NCBI GenBank assembly: GCA_029962705.1
Contig: JARPSE010000001.1
Location: 11,415 to 75,414 of the forward strand
Reading direction: 5' to 3'
Length of the DNA stretch: 64,000 bases
DNA from: Candidatus Planktomarina antarctica
GTDB lineage: Bacteria; Pseudomonadota; Alphaproteobacteria; Rhodobacterales; Rhodobacteraceae
Below, in pieces: positions 1-9,934 of the stretch. Each line of letters begins with the position of its first letter. The stretch's first letter is position 1. The notes under the pieces were generated by a model. It was not told the origin of the DNA. It was given only the letters and a program-made list of their open reading frames with translations, and made no database searches. The translations under genes were made by a program, and so were the position numbers.

Positions 1-689
1 GGATCACTGGCCGCAATGCGGGTAAAATCGCGAAATCCAGTAGCTGAATAATTAATAACTTCCGAGTTAGTGACCCGATGTAGATCATCAGCCACGCCAA
101 CCATAGTATAGGCAATTAAATGTGGTGCGTGGCTGGTGACGGCGAGGACTAGGTCATGATGGTCCGGATCAAGATCATCCACTTTGGCGCCAAGCGCTTG
201 CCAGTAGACTGAAAGAGCTGAAACAGCCACAGGATCCGCGCCATTAGGCGTCAAGAGGCACCAGCGGCTATCAAATAAAGCTGCAAATCCAGCCTTTGGA
301 CCAGAATGCTCAGTACCCGCCAAGGGATGGGCCGGTACAAAATGAATACCCTCGGCTATATGCGGCTGCACCGCATCAATAACCGCACGTTTGACAGAGC
401 CCACATCACTCACTGTACAACCGGGCTTTAAATAAGGACCAATTTCAGACATCACTGGTCCCATGGCTCCAATGGGTAGACAGAGCACCACCAGATCAGC
501 ATCAGTAACGGCTGAAATCAAATCATCGCAGACCGTATCACAAAGACCAATGTCACGGGCGACATTCCGAGTTTCGACAGAGCGCGCATAGCCGGTAACA
601 TGCGCAGACATTCCCGCGCGCTTCATAGCCCAAAACATGGAAGAAGCGATGAGCCCAAGTCCAATCAGGGCAACCCGATCATAGCTCAT
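1..689 (-). CDS. tyrC: Prephenate/arogenate dehydrogenase (TyrC/TyrA family), C-terminus beyond the left edge
   Basis: Absent from the ORF track because it runs off the window. My reverse-complement reading from the ATG at 689 gives [17 protein letters not shown]...[14 protein letters not shown]..., which is the Rossmann start plus the HPxAGxExSG motif of TyrA enzymes. The ATG overlaps the hisC stop (ATGA). Confidence 0.8.
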   Translation of the reverse strand, partial: MSYDRVALIGLGLIASSMFWAMKRAGMSAHVTGYARSVETRNVARDIGLCDTVCDDLISAVTDADLVVLCLPIGAMGPVMSEIGPYLKPGCTVSDVGSVKRAVIDAVQPHIAEGIHFVPAHPLAGTEHSGPKAGFAALFDSRWCLLTPNGADPVAVSALSVYWQALGAKVDDLDPDHHDLVLAVTSHAPHLIAYTMVGVADDLHRVTNSEVINYSATGFRDFTRIAASD

Positions 690-1771
690 GCTGCTTGCTC
701 CAAAAAAGCTTTGATACCCGCAACCACCCGCGCACAGCCGACCATATCAGGTACTGTGATACGGAGTGCCTGTGGAAGTCCATAGCCACCCACTCGGCGC
801 ACCAAGATACCTACGGCTTGCAAGTAATCATCACAGGCCTCAGCGTGGGTTTGATCGCTAAAACGTGCTAGAATGAAATTGGCCTCAGAAGGATCAGACG
901 CTACCCCGAGGGCTGCTAATTCATCGGCTAACCAGCTACGCGCAGTATTGTTCTGTATGCGGTGGTTAATCACGAAATCACGGTCGAGCACCGCAGCCTC
1001 TCCTGCCGCTAGCGATGGGGCCGAAAGGTTAAAAGGTCCACGCACCCGGTTGAGCACATCGATTACATGTTTGGGCCCATAGCCCCAGCCCACTCGCAGA
1101 CCACCCAGGCCATACATCTTTGACAAAGTACGCAGCATTACCACATTGCTGTGACTTTCCACAAAGCTTGCACCGCCATCCCATCCTTCAATGTAATCAG
1201 CATATGCGCCATCTAAAACGATAAGCACATCCTTTGGCGCACGCTCAATCAAACGCGCAATATCCGTGTCTGAAATTTTCGTACCAGTTGGGTTGCCTGG
1301 GTTTGCCACAAAGATCAGCCCCGTACACGGTGTTATTGCGGCCAGAATAGAATCCACATTCACATAGCGATCAGCCTCAGGTACTGACACAATCGTAGCA
1401 CCGGCCGCCATGGCATAGAGCTTATACATCAAAAAACCGTGCGAGGTGTGGATCACCTCTACTCCTGGCCCTGAATAGGCCTGACACAGAAAGCTAATTA
1501 ACTCATCTGAACCGCAACCACATATGATTTTATTTACATCAATCCCGTGCACATCTGCCAAAGCATTACGTAAACCGCTGTGGTCTGATCCCGGATAGCG
1601 GTGCAGAGTAGTGGCCGCCGCAGCAAGCGCTTGTTGTGCTGACATAGGTGGGCCATTTGGGTTTTCATTTGAGGACAGCTTAAGAATATCCTGCACACCA
1701 TGAACAGTGGATTTTCCACCAATATAAAGCTCAATGTCCAATATTCCGGGCTGAGGTTTTGGTTGTGTCAT
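686..1771 (-). CDS. hisC: Histidinol-phosphate aminotransferase
   Basis: 361-aa ORF with LSSNENP, a class-II aminotransferase layout and the PLP lysine context ([16 protein letters not shown]). Confidence 0.93.
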   Translation of the reverse strand: MTQPKPQPGILDIELYIGGKSTVHGVQDILKLSSNENPNGPPMSAQQALAAAATTLHRYPGSDHSGLRNALADVHGIDVNKIICGCGSDELISFLCQAYSGPGVEVIHTSHGFLMYKLYAMAAGATIVSVPEADRYVNVDSILAAITPCTGLIFVANPGNPTGTKISDTDIARLIERAPKDVLIVLDGAYADYIEGWDGGASFVESHSNVVMLRTLSKMYGLGGLRVGWGYGPKHVIDVLNRVRGPFNLSAPSLAAGEAAVLDRDFVINHRIQNNTARSWLADELAALGVASDPSEANFILARFSDQTHAEACDDYLQAVGILVRRVGGYGLPQALRITVPDMVGCARVVAGIKAFLEQAA

Positions 1772-1810
1772 CCGATATTCCTTTCTGCTTTCGTTTTAAC
1801 GTCAATTCCA

Positions 1811-1850
1811 CAAAAGAAAAGGCCGCGGCGGTTTCCCGTCGCGGCCTTTT
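1811..1850 (-). terminator. Rho-independent terminator after rpsD
   Basis: GC stem GGCCGCG...CGCGGCC (1821-1827 / 1840-1846), followed on the minus strand by TTTTCTTTTG. It sits 20 nt downstream of the rpsD stop. Confidence 0.7.
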
Positions 1851-1869
1851 GAAATAAGTTTGGCGAAGA

Positions 1870-2490
1870 TTAGTTCTTCGCGTAAAATTCCACCACGAGG
1901 TTCGGTTCCATCACAACTGGATAGGGCACATCGCCCAGACCGGGAGTGCGCACAAACGTTGCAGTCATTTTTGTATGATCGGCATCCATGTAGTCAGGGA
2001 CGTCCCGCTCAGCCAATTGTGTAGCTTCAAGTAAAACAGCCATCTGTTTTGAACGATCACGCACTTCGATCACGTCTCCTTCGGACACACGGTAAGATGC
2101 AATATTAACTTTTTTACCGTTAACACGAACGTGGCCGTGATTTACGAACTGACGGGCTGCAAAGATTGTGGCCACAAATTTGGCACGATACACAACTGCA
2201 TCCAAACGACTTTCCAACAAACCAATTAGGTTTTCGCCAGTATCGCCTTTTACACGTTCAGCTTCAGCGTAAATACGGCGGAATTGCTTCTCAGTCAAAT
2301 CGCCATAGTAGCCTTTCAGTTTTTGCTTAGCGCGCAACTGAATACCAAAATCAGACAATTTACCTTTACGGCGTTGACCGTGCTGGCCCGGACCATATTC
2401 ACGTCGATTTACAGGTGATTTAGGACGACCCCAGATGTTTTCGCCCATCCGACGGTCAATTTTATATTTGGCAGCGGTACGTTTTGTCAC
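1870..2490 (-). CDS. rpsD: 30S ribosomal protein S4
   Basis: The translation is unmistakably S4 ([25 protein letters not shown]...). The real start is probably the GTG at 2490, preceded by GAAGGAG, rather than the upstream ATG at 2574 used by the ORF track. Confidence 0.95.
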   Translation of the reverse strand: MTKRTAAKYKIDRRMGENIWGRPKSPVNRREYGPGQHGQRRKGKLSDFGIQLRAKQKLKGYYGDLTEKQFRRIYAEAERVKGDTGENLIGLLESRLDAVVYRAKFVATIFAARQFVNHGHVRVNGKKVNIASYRVSEGDVIEVRDRSKQMAVLLEATQLAERDVPDYMDADHTKMTATFVRTPGLGDVPYPVVMEPNLVVEFYAKN

Positions 2491-2710
2491 CGGCTGATCT
2501 CCTTCAGATATGTTCGAAGCCCGACACGGGCCACTATGAAGGGCGTTGTCCTTTGGGCGAACCCCGACAGGCATCCCCTTACGGGGGCCACCAACACCAA
2601 TAGAGTGCGGATGCCAGCCAATCTATTTAATGTCAAGAAGGGAAGTAAGGCTAAGGGCTTCAGCGGGTCATAAACTAGCCGAAACGCGTACCCCAAGTTA
2701 CTTTTATCCG

Positions 2711-2744
2711 GAAAAATAAAGAGGAGCGCCTTATGGCACTCCTC
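2711..2744 (-). terminator. Rho-independent terminator, likely ending the helicase transcript
   Basis: On the minus strand: GAGGAGTGCC-ATAA-GGCGCTCCTC followed by TTTATTTTTCC. It lies about 225 nt downstream of the helicase stop. Confidence 0.65.
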
Positions 2745-2970
2745 CTTCATCAATATCTCTTCTTGAGGAATTGGGCCGCAAAGCGTTGCCTCCACTTCTC
2801 TACGGGATCCCAAGATCACAATGGTGGCGTACTGGCCCAGCTTGTCTTCACTGCTCACTCTTGCCCTGACTTTATCTTACCGATCCGTAACAGAGATGAT
2901 TCGACTTATGAATCTCCTTTGATACATTTTTTCTCAAAAAATGCTCCAATCTGGGTTGCATGCAGTAAAC

Positions 2971-5052
2971 TTAAGAAGGTTTGCGCTTTGGCTTACCCGG
3001 ATCAAATTTCTGTTTACTCACCTTAGGGCCGGGCTTACCCACCTTTGGATTTGCCTTACCAGTATATTTTCCAAGCTTACCACCAGGTTTGCCACTAGGC
3101 TTACCACTAGGTTTGCCACTAGGCTTACCACTAGGCTTACCACTAGGTTTGCCACTAGGCTTACTACCAGGACCACCGGCAAACTTAGACGACTTGCCTG
3201 CATATGGCTTGGAGACATCTACAGCAGCACTGGGCTTCTTCTTGAAAGTTTCCACCACACCCTCAGGGCGAGCCTGAGCCGCGGTCTTAGGCTTATACTT
3301 TGGCTTACTCTCTCCTGCATAAGGTTTGCCCTCACTTGGCTTTGGCTTACGTTGTTTTGGGGTTGGCGCATCGTTCCACTCAATTGGAGCGCTAGGCTTT
3401 TCCTTAGCACGTGGCTTTTTATCGGCCCAAGGCTTTGGAGAGCTTGACCGCTCATAAGGCACATCCGCAGGGGGACCTTTTAGTTCAGTCACCACGACAT
3501 TGTCCTCTGCGGTCATATCGGGGCCTAAGGCCTTTTTGAAGCCCTGGACACTGGCCAACTTAATTTCGAAAAAGGACGCATCTGGGTGAATTTTGATCGC
3601 CCCAATATCGTGTTTGGTGATACCACCAGAGTTACAGATCATTGGCAACAAGCGTCCAGGAACTGTTCCTGCGGCGCGGCCACCTGGAACGGAAAACCAA
3701 ATGGTAGGTCCAAAGTCAGCAGCCCGTCTTGGCTTGGCGTCTTTGGCGTCACGGGAATCTACCGCTGAAAGCTCTTCCGGTGCTGATTGCTTGGCCGTGT
3801 AGATTCGCAAATATGCCGCAGCCACTTGAGTTGGACTAAAATGGGACAACAACTCATCAACAGCCACCTGATCCTTTTCATTAATTTCTTCATGCCAAGC
3901 TGGATCAGCCAATAAACGTTCGCGGTCTTTGGCTGTCACCTCATCCGCAGAGGGCGGCACAGCCCATTCTGCTGTAACTTTTGCACCCTGTAAGATTCGC
4001 TCAGCTTTACGGCGCGCCGATGGTGGCACGATTAGAGCGGAGATCCCTTTGCGACCGGCCCGGCCTGTTCTACCAGAACGGTGCATCAGAATTTCGTAGT
4101 TAGTGGGCAACTCGGCATGTACCACCAGATCAAGGTTTGGCAAATCAATACCACGGGCGGCCACATCAGTGGCCACACAAATCCGCGCACGTCCATCGCG
4201 CATGGCTTGCAAAGCATGAGACCGCTCGGCCTGGCTCAATTCACCCGAAAGGCTCACGACAGAGAAGCCACGATTTGACAGGCGAGTAGTTAGGCGATTC
4301 ACCATCACACGAGTATTGGCAAAGACCAACGCGTTTGGCGCTTCATAGAACCGCAAAACGTTAATGATAGCATTTTCCATATCACGCGCCGAAACGCTCA
4401 AAGCCCTGTACTGAATGTCAGTGTGCTGCGATTTCTCTGCTACGGTCGACACGCGTACAGCATTTTTTTGATAAGATTTCGCCAGTGTTGCGATAGATTT
4501 TGGCACAGTAGCCGAAAACATTAAGGTGCGGCGAGTTTCAGGAGCATGGCCCAAAATGAATTCCAGATCATCTTTGAACCCCAGATCTAGCATTTCATCA
4601 GCTTCATCCAAGATCACAGCCCGCAATTCTGACAGATCAATGGATTTGCGCATAATGTGATCGCGCAGGCGGCCCGGTGTTGCCACAACTATGTGCGCAC
4701 CTCGTTCGAGAGTGCGGCGCTCATCACGCATGTCCATACCACCCACACAGGAGGCCATCGTTGCGCGTGCTTCAGCGTAGAGCCATTGCAGTTCACGTTT
4801 AACTTGCAAAGCTAGTTCACGGGTTGGTGCAATAACTAAGGCCAAAGGTTTGGCAGCGCGTTCAAATACCTCATCTTCACCCAACAGGCTATCACCAATT
4901 GCAAGGCCGAAGCCCACAGTTTTACCAGATCCAGTTTGGGCAGAGACTAGCAAATCAGCATCTGCCAATTCAGAGGCAGTCACCGCGGTTTGGACAGGAG
5001 TCAAAGTTTCGTAGCCGCGCTTTTGCAGCGCGTCAGCTAGAGCTTGTTTCAC
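2971..5052 (-). CDS. DEAD-box ATP-dependent RNA helicase with a DbpA-type RNA-binding domain and a long Lys/Pro-rich repetitive tail
   Basis: Motifs AQTGSGKT, PTRELA, DEAD (LDEADEML), SAT and HRSGRTGRAG. A DbpA-like segment (GITKHDIGAIKIHPDASFFEI) is followed by about 150 aa of basic low-complexity sequence. The start codon is GTG. Confidence 0.93.
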   Translation of the reverse strand: MKQALADALQKRGYETLTPVQTAVTASELADADLLVSAQTGSGKTVGFGLAIGDSLLGEDEVFERAAKPLALVIAPTRELALQVKRELQWLYAEARATMASCVGGMDMRDERRTLERGAHIVVATPGRLRDHIMRKSIDLSELRAVILDEADEMLDLGFKDDLEFILGHAPETRRTLMFSATVPKSIATLAKSYQKNAVRVSTVAEKSQHTDIQYRALSVSARDMENAIINVLRFYEAPNALVFANTRVMVNRLTTRLSNRGFSVVSLSGELSQAERSHALQAMRDGRARICVATDVAARGIDLPNLDLVVHAELPTNYEILMHRSGRTGRAGRKGISALIVPPSARRKAERILQGAKVTAEWAVPPSADEVTAKDRERLLADPAWHEEINEKDQVAVDELLSHFSPTQVAAAYLRIYTAKQSAPEELSAVDSRDAKDAKPRRAADFGPTIWFSVPGGRAAGTVPGRLLPMICNSGGITKHDIGAIKIHPDASFFEIKLASVQGFKKALGPDMTAEDNVVVTELKGPPADVPYERSSSPKPWADKKPRAKEKPSAPIEWNDAPTPKQRKPKPSEGKPYAGESKPKYKPKTAAQARPEGVVETFKKKPSAAVDVSKPYAGKSSKFAGGPGSKPSGKPSGKPSGKPSGKPSGKPSGKPGGKLGKYTGKANPKVGKPGPKVSKQKFDPGKPKRKPS
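3075..3172. repeat. 12-bp tandem repeat (about 8 units, CCACTAGGYTTR on the plus strand) inside the helicase 3' end
   Basis: Direct reading of 3075-3172. It encodes GKPSGKPSGKPSGKPSGKPSGKPSGKPGGK on the minus strand. Confidence 0.9.
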
Positions 5053-5229
5053 AAGGATATCTTTCTATGTCATCCGGGCGCTGCAGCCCCCCATGGACCG
5101 ACAAACCCCAAGAAGCCCTTTCAGTGGGCCTCGATGAGGCGCGGGTAGGCCATTTTAGCTAAGAAGTATAGAGGCGGCACGAAAATAGCTATTTCGGGCA
5201 CACTTGAGCAAGCTGCAATCACAGCGCAC

Positions 5230-5589
5230 TTACTTAGATCGTGCGCGACGTTTTTTATGGGCTGCAAACAGCAGTGGTGCCAATATCAAGCGATACACTA
5301 CCGAGGAAATCGCCTTGATTGGCTTAAATTTCACGATCAAAGCAAGCACCCTAAAATAGGGCAGCCGCTGCCAAATAGCTACGAAAGCATCTACACCAAC
5401 TATCAAATTTCCCCCGCGCCTTGCATGCAATTGCTGTGCGGCTTGATCTTCGGTCAGGCCCCAAACGGTAGCGATATCCGGTGTAAGTTTAATATACTCA
5501 ACATCATCGCCAGACAGACTTTGGTAATGATCAATCTCGCGCCTGCATATAGGGCATTCTGCATTATATAAAACTTCTAAACTGGCCAT
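5230..5589 (-). CDS. DCC1-like thiol-disulfide oxidoreductase family protein (DUF393)
   Basis: 119 aa with an N-terminal YNAECPICRREIDHY (CxxC) motif, typical of the DUF393/DCC family. Confidence 0.75.
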   Translation of the reverse strand: MASLEVLYNAECPICRREIDHYQSLSGDDVEYIKLTPDIATVWGLTEDQAAQQLHARRGGNLIVGVDAFVAIWQRLPYFRVLALIVKFKPIKAISSVVYRLILAPLLFAAHKKRRARSK

Positions 5590-5700
5590 AATCTCGCCTA
5601 CCTCAAAATATTACCTTTTATATAGTGCCATAAGGCAAGCCTTCTAGGCTAAAAAGATCTAAAGATCACAAGAAAAGACCTTAAGAAACTAAGCCCAATT

Positions 5701-6054
5701 TTATTTAAGTTTAATATCAAAATGTTTACGGATGGGCTCAATGATTTGCCATGTCCCTTTGAAGCCGGGCTCTATAATAAAAGCGTCGCCAGCGCCAAGT
5801 GCAACAGGACTTTCACCATCCGCGGTAATAATCAGTTTACCGGCAATAATGTGCACAAACTCATAGTCGGTATAGGTCGCATGGTAGGAGCCTGGGGTTG
5901 CCTCCCAATAGCCAGAGATCATACTCTCATCATGGCTGGTATAGAGTATCCAGGTTTTCATCGTCGGCACACCCTCAGTAACCACCCAACCGTCTAAATT
6001 GTCAGTGATCGGCGTTACGTTTTTGATATCTTGCATTTTACTGATATAATTCAA
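5701..6054 (-). CDS. Cupin domain protein (cupin_3/DUF861-like)
   Basis: 117 aa with the pattern ...GYWEATPGSYHATYTDYEFVHIIAGKLIIT...GDAFIIEPGFKGTWQI, typical of small EutQ-like cupins. Confidence 0.75.
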   Translation of the reverse strand: MNYISKMQDIKNVTPITDNLDGWVVTEGVPTMKTWILYTSHDESMISGYWEATPGSYHATYTDYEFVHIIAGKLIITADGESPVALGAGDAFIIEPGFKGTWQIIEPIRKHFDIKLK

Positions 6055-6927
6055 TTTTTATCATCCTATTAAAAAAAATGTTGAGTAAAGTTTAGACCGG
6101 GGCCACACATGAAAACCTTCGATCGCACTTTTTGCGCCTTGTCGTTGAGAGGGGTGGGTTGGATCAACATAATTGTACAATAACTATAAACTTCTTTAAC
6201 ACTCAAGCGTGGTTTGTTCTCCGATTAACGATTGGGCAGTAAAAGTGTTGCAGCAGGCTCGAATGGCTGCTCTTAGGAGGCCGAGCTACCGCATAAATAA
6301 TACTATTAAAAGGCAGCTCTGGGCCGGATTAAACGTGCCGAGCTATCAGACCGAAGAAAAAGAATCGTCATCAAATCTATGGCCATCATCTCCACGTGGC
6401 CTTGATCCAAATCATCAGATTCTGTCACGCCAGGACGCATCGCAGCCGCGAGAACCAATTCTCGAACGCCATCCAATGCGGCGCTTGCCTGTCGCCCAAC
6501 TATCGTCACAATCAAACCAGAAGTAGCGCGAACGTATCTTGGGGGAATGGTGGCTTCAGGGTTCAGCACCTTTGCAAGTGGCTGAGGAGTTGTTGCAAAA
6601 TAGATGGAAAAAATGAGGGATGAAATGCTTCTAAGTCCGCCTCTGCCGTCACTCGCTCCTCAAAATACTACCCGATGCATCAATGGCGGATCGGGGGAAG
6701 CTGCAACGCAGCGCCGGAGGGACAAGTGAACGGCAGGTTTAGGCCGTTCGCGTTCAGTAAAGCTTCGAACTCATGAAACCGTCCTCCGTAAAGCTGACGT
6801 TAATACTTTAATTAGACAAAGCGGCTGCGCGGCTGCACTTTGCCAGTGTCAGTATTTTCAGCGAGTTTTCATCGACACGGTATCTTAGACCCAACTTCAC
6901 ACGCTAAATCTATATATTGGAGCCACT

Positions 6928-6956
6928 GGCTGCCATTTGCTTGTAAAATGGCAGCC
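6928..6956 (-). terminator. Stem-loop downstream of nrdJ (possible terminator or stabiliser; no U-tract)
   Basis: 11-bp perfect stem GGCTGCCATTT / AAATGGCAGCC with a 7-nt loop, about 57 nt past the nrdJ stop. No T-run follows on either strand. Confidence 0.4.
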
Positions 6957-7012
6957 TTAAGCTGTGGAATGGTCATTATATGCTGGTGCTCACAGGAAGC
7001 CAGCCTAGATTT

Positions 7013-9274
7013 TCAACCGCACTTAGAATACCCACAGCTGCCACATGTCATGCAGCCCTCAATCATTCGCAGATCGAACTGACCGCAGCTAGAGCAAGAG
7101 GCTCCACGTGACTGGGTGAGATTCACCACTTCTGCTTGCGGATCAACCTTGAGACCCATGCCCTCACCGGCAATAAAGCCCGTATTGATCATGTGATGCT
7201 CGATCACGCCACCAATAGCCGCCAAGATTGATGGAATATACTTCCCATCTACCCAAGCCCCACCACGTGGATCGAATACCGCCTTGAGCTCCTCAACGAC
7301 AAAACTTACATCACCACCGCGCCGAAACACAGCTGAAATCATCCGGGTTAAAGCCACAGTCCAAGCAAAGTGCTCCATATTTTTGGAATTGATAAACACC
7401 TCAAACGGACGGCGATGGCCATTGAGTAAAAGATCATTCACAGTGATGTAGATAGCGTGCGCGCTATCAGGCCATTTTACCTTGTAAGTTTGACCTTCCA
7501 AAGCTTCAGGACGGCTCAACGGCTCATTGATATAAACCACATCAGCACCCATATCGATTTCAGGCGTATTTTCACTCTCGGAAGATACGGACAAAACAGA
7601 TCCGGTTACCGCATTTGGGCGATACGTTGTGCAGCCCTTACACCCTTGATCCCAAGCTGCCATATATACATCTTTGAAAGCTTCAAAACTGATGTCCTCT
7701 GGGCAGTTAATAGTTTTAGAAATTGAGCTGTCCACCCATTTCTGGGCCGCAGCTTGCATGCGTACATGCTCCAATGGCGCCAAAGTTTGTGCATTTACAA
7801 AGTAATTTGGCAATTCAGCATCGCCCATTTTGTCACGCCACATTTGGACAGCGTAATCGATTACTTCTTCTTCAGTGCGCGATCCATCTTTTTGCAGCAC
7901 TTTTCGGGTATATGCATAGGCAAACACTGGCTCAATACCAGAAGATACATTGCCCGCATAAAGGCTGATCGTACCAGTTGGTGCAATGCTAGTCAGCAAT
8001 GCGTTACGAATACCATGCTCAGCAATCAAATCCCGTACATCTGCATCCATATCCTGCATTGCGCCACTAGCCAAATAGCCCCCAGCGTCAAATAAAGGAA
8101 ACGCGCCTTTTTCTTTGGCAAGGTCCACAGAGGCTAAATAGGCAGCACGTGCGATTTGATGCATCCAAGTCTCAGTCTGCACCGCCGCCTCTTCCGAACC
8201 ATAACGCAGTCCAACCATCAATAATGCGTCTGCAAGGCCCGTAACACCAAGGCCAATCCGACGTTTGGCTTCGGCTTCAAGCCGTTGCGCCTCAAGTGGG
8301 AAGCGGCTAGCATCAACCACATTGTCCATCATCCGAACCGCAGTTGCTACCAAATCAGCCATTGCCGCTTCATCAAGCTTCGCACCCTTGGCAAAAGGCT
8401 TGGAGACTAACCGCGCCATATTGACCGAGCCCAGCAAACAAGCACCATAAGGTGGCAAAGGCTGTTCCCCACAAGGATTGGTCGCAGCTATAGTTTCGCA
8501 ATAACTCAGGTTATTAGCCTTGTTGATCCGATCAATGAAAATCACACCAGGCTCTGCAAATTCAAATGTAGAGCTCATAATCTGATCCCACAGATCTACA
8601 GCCTTCATAGTTTTGAAAACTTCACCCTCAAACACCAAACACCATGAATCATTGGACTTTACAGCGTCCATAAACGCGTCAGTGACCAAGACAGATACGT
8701 TAAACATCCTCAAACGCGCAGGGTCGCGTTTTGCAGTAATGAAATCCAAAATATCAGGATGGTCGCAGCGCATTGTGGCCATCATTGCCCCACGGCGACT
8801 ACCCGCCGACATAATAGTGCGGCACATCGCATCCCACACATCCATAAAGGACAACGGGCCGGACGCATCCGCCGCGACGCCCTTTACCTTCGCACCTTTC
8901 GGGCGAATGGTTGTAAAATCATAACCAATACCACCACCTTGCTGCATGGTAAGCGCTGCCTCTTTAAGCATTTCAAAGATGCCGCCCATACTGTCTGGGA
9001 TAGTGCCCATAACAAAACAGTTGAACAATGTCACACTGCGTTCGGTACCCGCCCCGGCCGTAATACGGCCCGCTGGCAGAAATTTGAAATCTGAAAGAGC
9101 GTCAAAAAATTTGGGCTCCCAAGCTTCGGGAGAAGCTTCGACTGAAGCCAAAGCGCCGGCAATACGATGCCAGCTGTCTTCAACAGTGTTATCAATGGGA
9201 GTTCCATCCGCTTGTTTGAAACGGTATTTCATGTCCCAAATTTGTTCGGCAATAGGGGCAGCAAAGCGAGTCAT
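7013..9274 (-). CDS. nrdJ: Adenosylcobalamin-dependent (class II) ribonucleoside-diphosphate reductase
   Basis: 753 aa with the NPCGEQPL active-site loop, the TISKTIN motif and a C-terminal Cys-rich tail (CSSCGQFDLRMIEGCMTCGSCGYSKCG). Confidence 0.95.
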   Translation of the reverse strand: MTRFAAPIAEQIWDMKYRFKQADGTPIDNTVEDSWHRIAGALASVEASPEAWEPKFFDALSDFKFLPAGRITAGAGTERSVTLFNCFVMGTIPDSMGGIFEMLKEAALTMQQGGGIGYDFTTIRPKGAKVKGVAADASGPLSFMDVWDAMCRTIMSAGSRRGAMMATMRCDHPDILDFITAKRDPARLRMFNVSVLVTDAFMDAVKSNDSWCLVFEGEVFKTMKAVDLWDQIMSSTFEFAEPGVIFIDRINKANNLSYCETIAATNPCGEQPLPPYGACLLGSVNMARLVSKPFAKGAKLDEAAMADLVATAVRMMDNVVDASRFPLEAQRLEAEAKRRIGLGVTGLADALLMVGLRYGSEEAAVQTETWMHQIARAAYLASVDLAKEKGAFPLFDAGGYLASGAMQDMDADVRDLIAEHGIRNALLTSIAPTGTISLYAGNVSSGIEPVFAYAYTRKVLQKDGSRTEEEVIDYAVQMWRDKMGDAELPNYFVNAQTLAPLEHVRMQAAAQKWVDSSISKTINCPEDISFEAFKDVYMAAWDQGCKGCTTYRPNAVTGSVLSVSSESENTPEIDMGADVVYINEPLSRPEALEGQTYKVKWPDSAHAIYITVNDLLLNGHRRPFEVFINSKNMEHFAWTVALTRMISAVFRRGGDVSFVVEELKAVFDPRGGAWVDGKYIPSILAAIGGVIEHHMINTGFIAGEGMGLKVDPQAEVVNLTQSRGASCSSCGQFDLRMIEGCMTCGSCGYSKCG

Positions 9275-9370
9275 AAACTATTCCATAAATAAGCGTACAA
9301 ATAAGCCTTTTAAATAAGCGTAGAGGTCCAAAAGGTCAACTTGTATCCTTGGCAAAATTCTGATTGTTAG

Positions 9371-9832
9371 GTGCCTAAACACAACATGTGGGGTAGTAAT
9401 TTGTCAAAGACCATAAACTTGGTAAAATTAAGTGTTGGCACTGAAACCGTCGCGAACCTAGCAGATTGGCAGGCAAGCCCTATGGCGCAAACCCGTGACA
9501 ACTTGCCCCGACATATCACACGCATGTGGCCAAAACGCGGTGACGAGCTGCTGAATGGTGGTTCAATCTATTGGGTAATTAAGGGTGTAATCCTCTGTAG
9601 ACAAACAGTTTTGAGGTTGGACGAGGTTACCGGATCTGATGGAATTAGGCGTTGTGCCATTGTGTCGGACCCTCAGCTTGTGCCAGTCGCGGCCACGCCC
9701 AAGCGCGCGTTTCAAGGTTGGCGCTATTTGCAGACTACAGATGCACCGCCAGACCTGAGCCAATCGCGACCAAATGATGATGACCTACCACCAGAGCTAC
9801 AGGCAGCATTGGCCAGTATCGGAATTCTTTAA
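9371..9832 (+). CDS. DUF1489 family protein
   Basis: INLVKLSVGTE...HITRMWPKRGDELLNGGSIYWVIKG... matches the conserved alphaproteobacterial DUF1489 pattern. The start is uncertain: GTG 9371, ATG 9386 or TTG 9401. Confidence 0.8.
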   Translation: MPKHNMWGSNLSKTINLVKLSVGTETVANLADWQASPMAQTRDNLPRHITRMWPKRGDELLNGGSIYWVIKGVILCRQTVLRLDEVTGSDGIRRCAIVSDPQLVPVAATPKRAFQGWRYLQTTDAPPDLSQSRPNDDDLPPELQAALASIGIL

Positions 9833-9934
9833 GCACTTGACACTTCTCAGCACTTTCAGGTCTTCTTCGTTCGAGGTTATACAGGCTATTGCTACGCCAC
9901 CAACTGATAGACCAACAGCATAAGGAGCGTAGAG

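Noticed and set aside
2487-2858. 123-aa minus-strand ORF spanning the helicase/rpsD spacer.
   Set aside because: It runs through an intrinsic terminator hairpin and into the rpsD coding start. It has no family resemblance and is probably a chance ORF.
2941-3447. Plus-strand ORFs of 168 aa and 98 aa with repetitive LPLG/TTRFATRL peptides.
   Set aside because: They are antisense shadows of the 12-bp tandem repeat in the helicase tail. The helicase frame is the one with recognisable domains.
6055-7012. Searched by eye for tRNA T-loops (GGTTCGAATCC-like), the tmRNA 3' end, the SRP RNA GGAAGCAGC box and the RNase P GAGGAAAGTCC box.
   Set aside because: None of these motifs is present, so no specific ncRNA call is justified.
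9275-9400. Looked for an NrdR box or cobalamin riboswitch upstream of nrdJ. Noted CCACATGTTGTGTT at about 9377-9390.
   Set aside because: The spacer is under 100 nt, too short for a B12 riboswitch. The sequence is only a weak partial palindrome and does not match my recollection of the NrdR-box consensus well enough to call.
9833-9934. Possible SAM-II/SAM-V riboswitch upstream of the Cys/Met PLP enzyme.
   Set aside because: I did not see the conserved A-rich ...AAAGCUG... pseudoknot signature. It cannot be excluded without cmscan.
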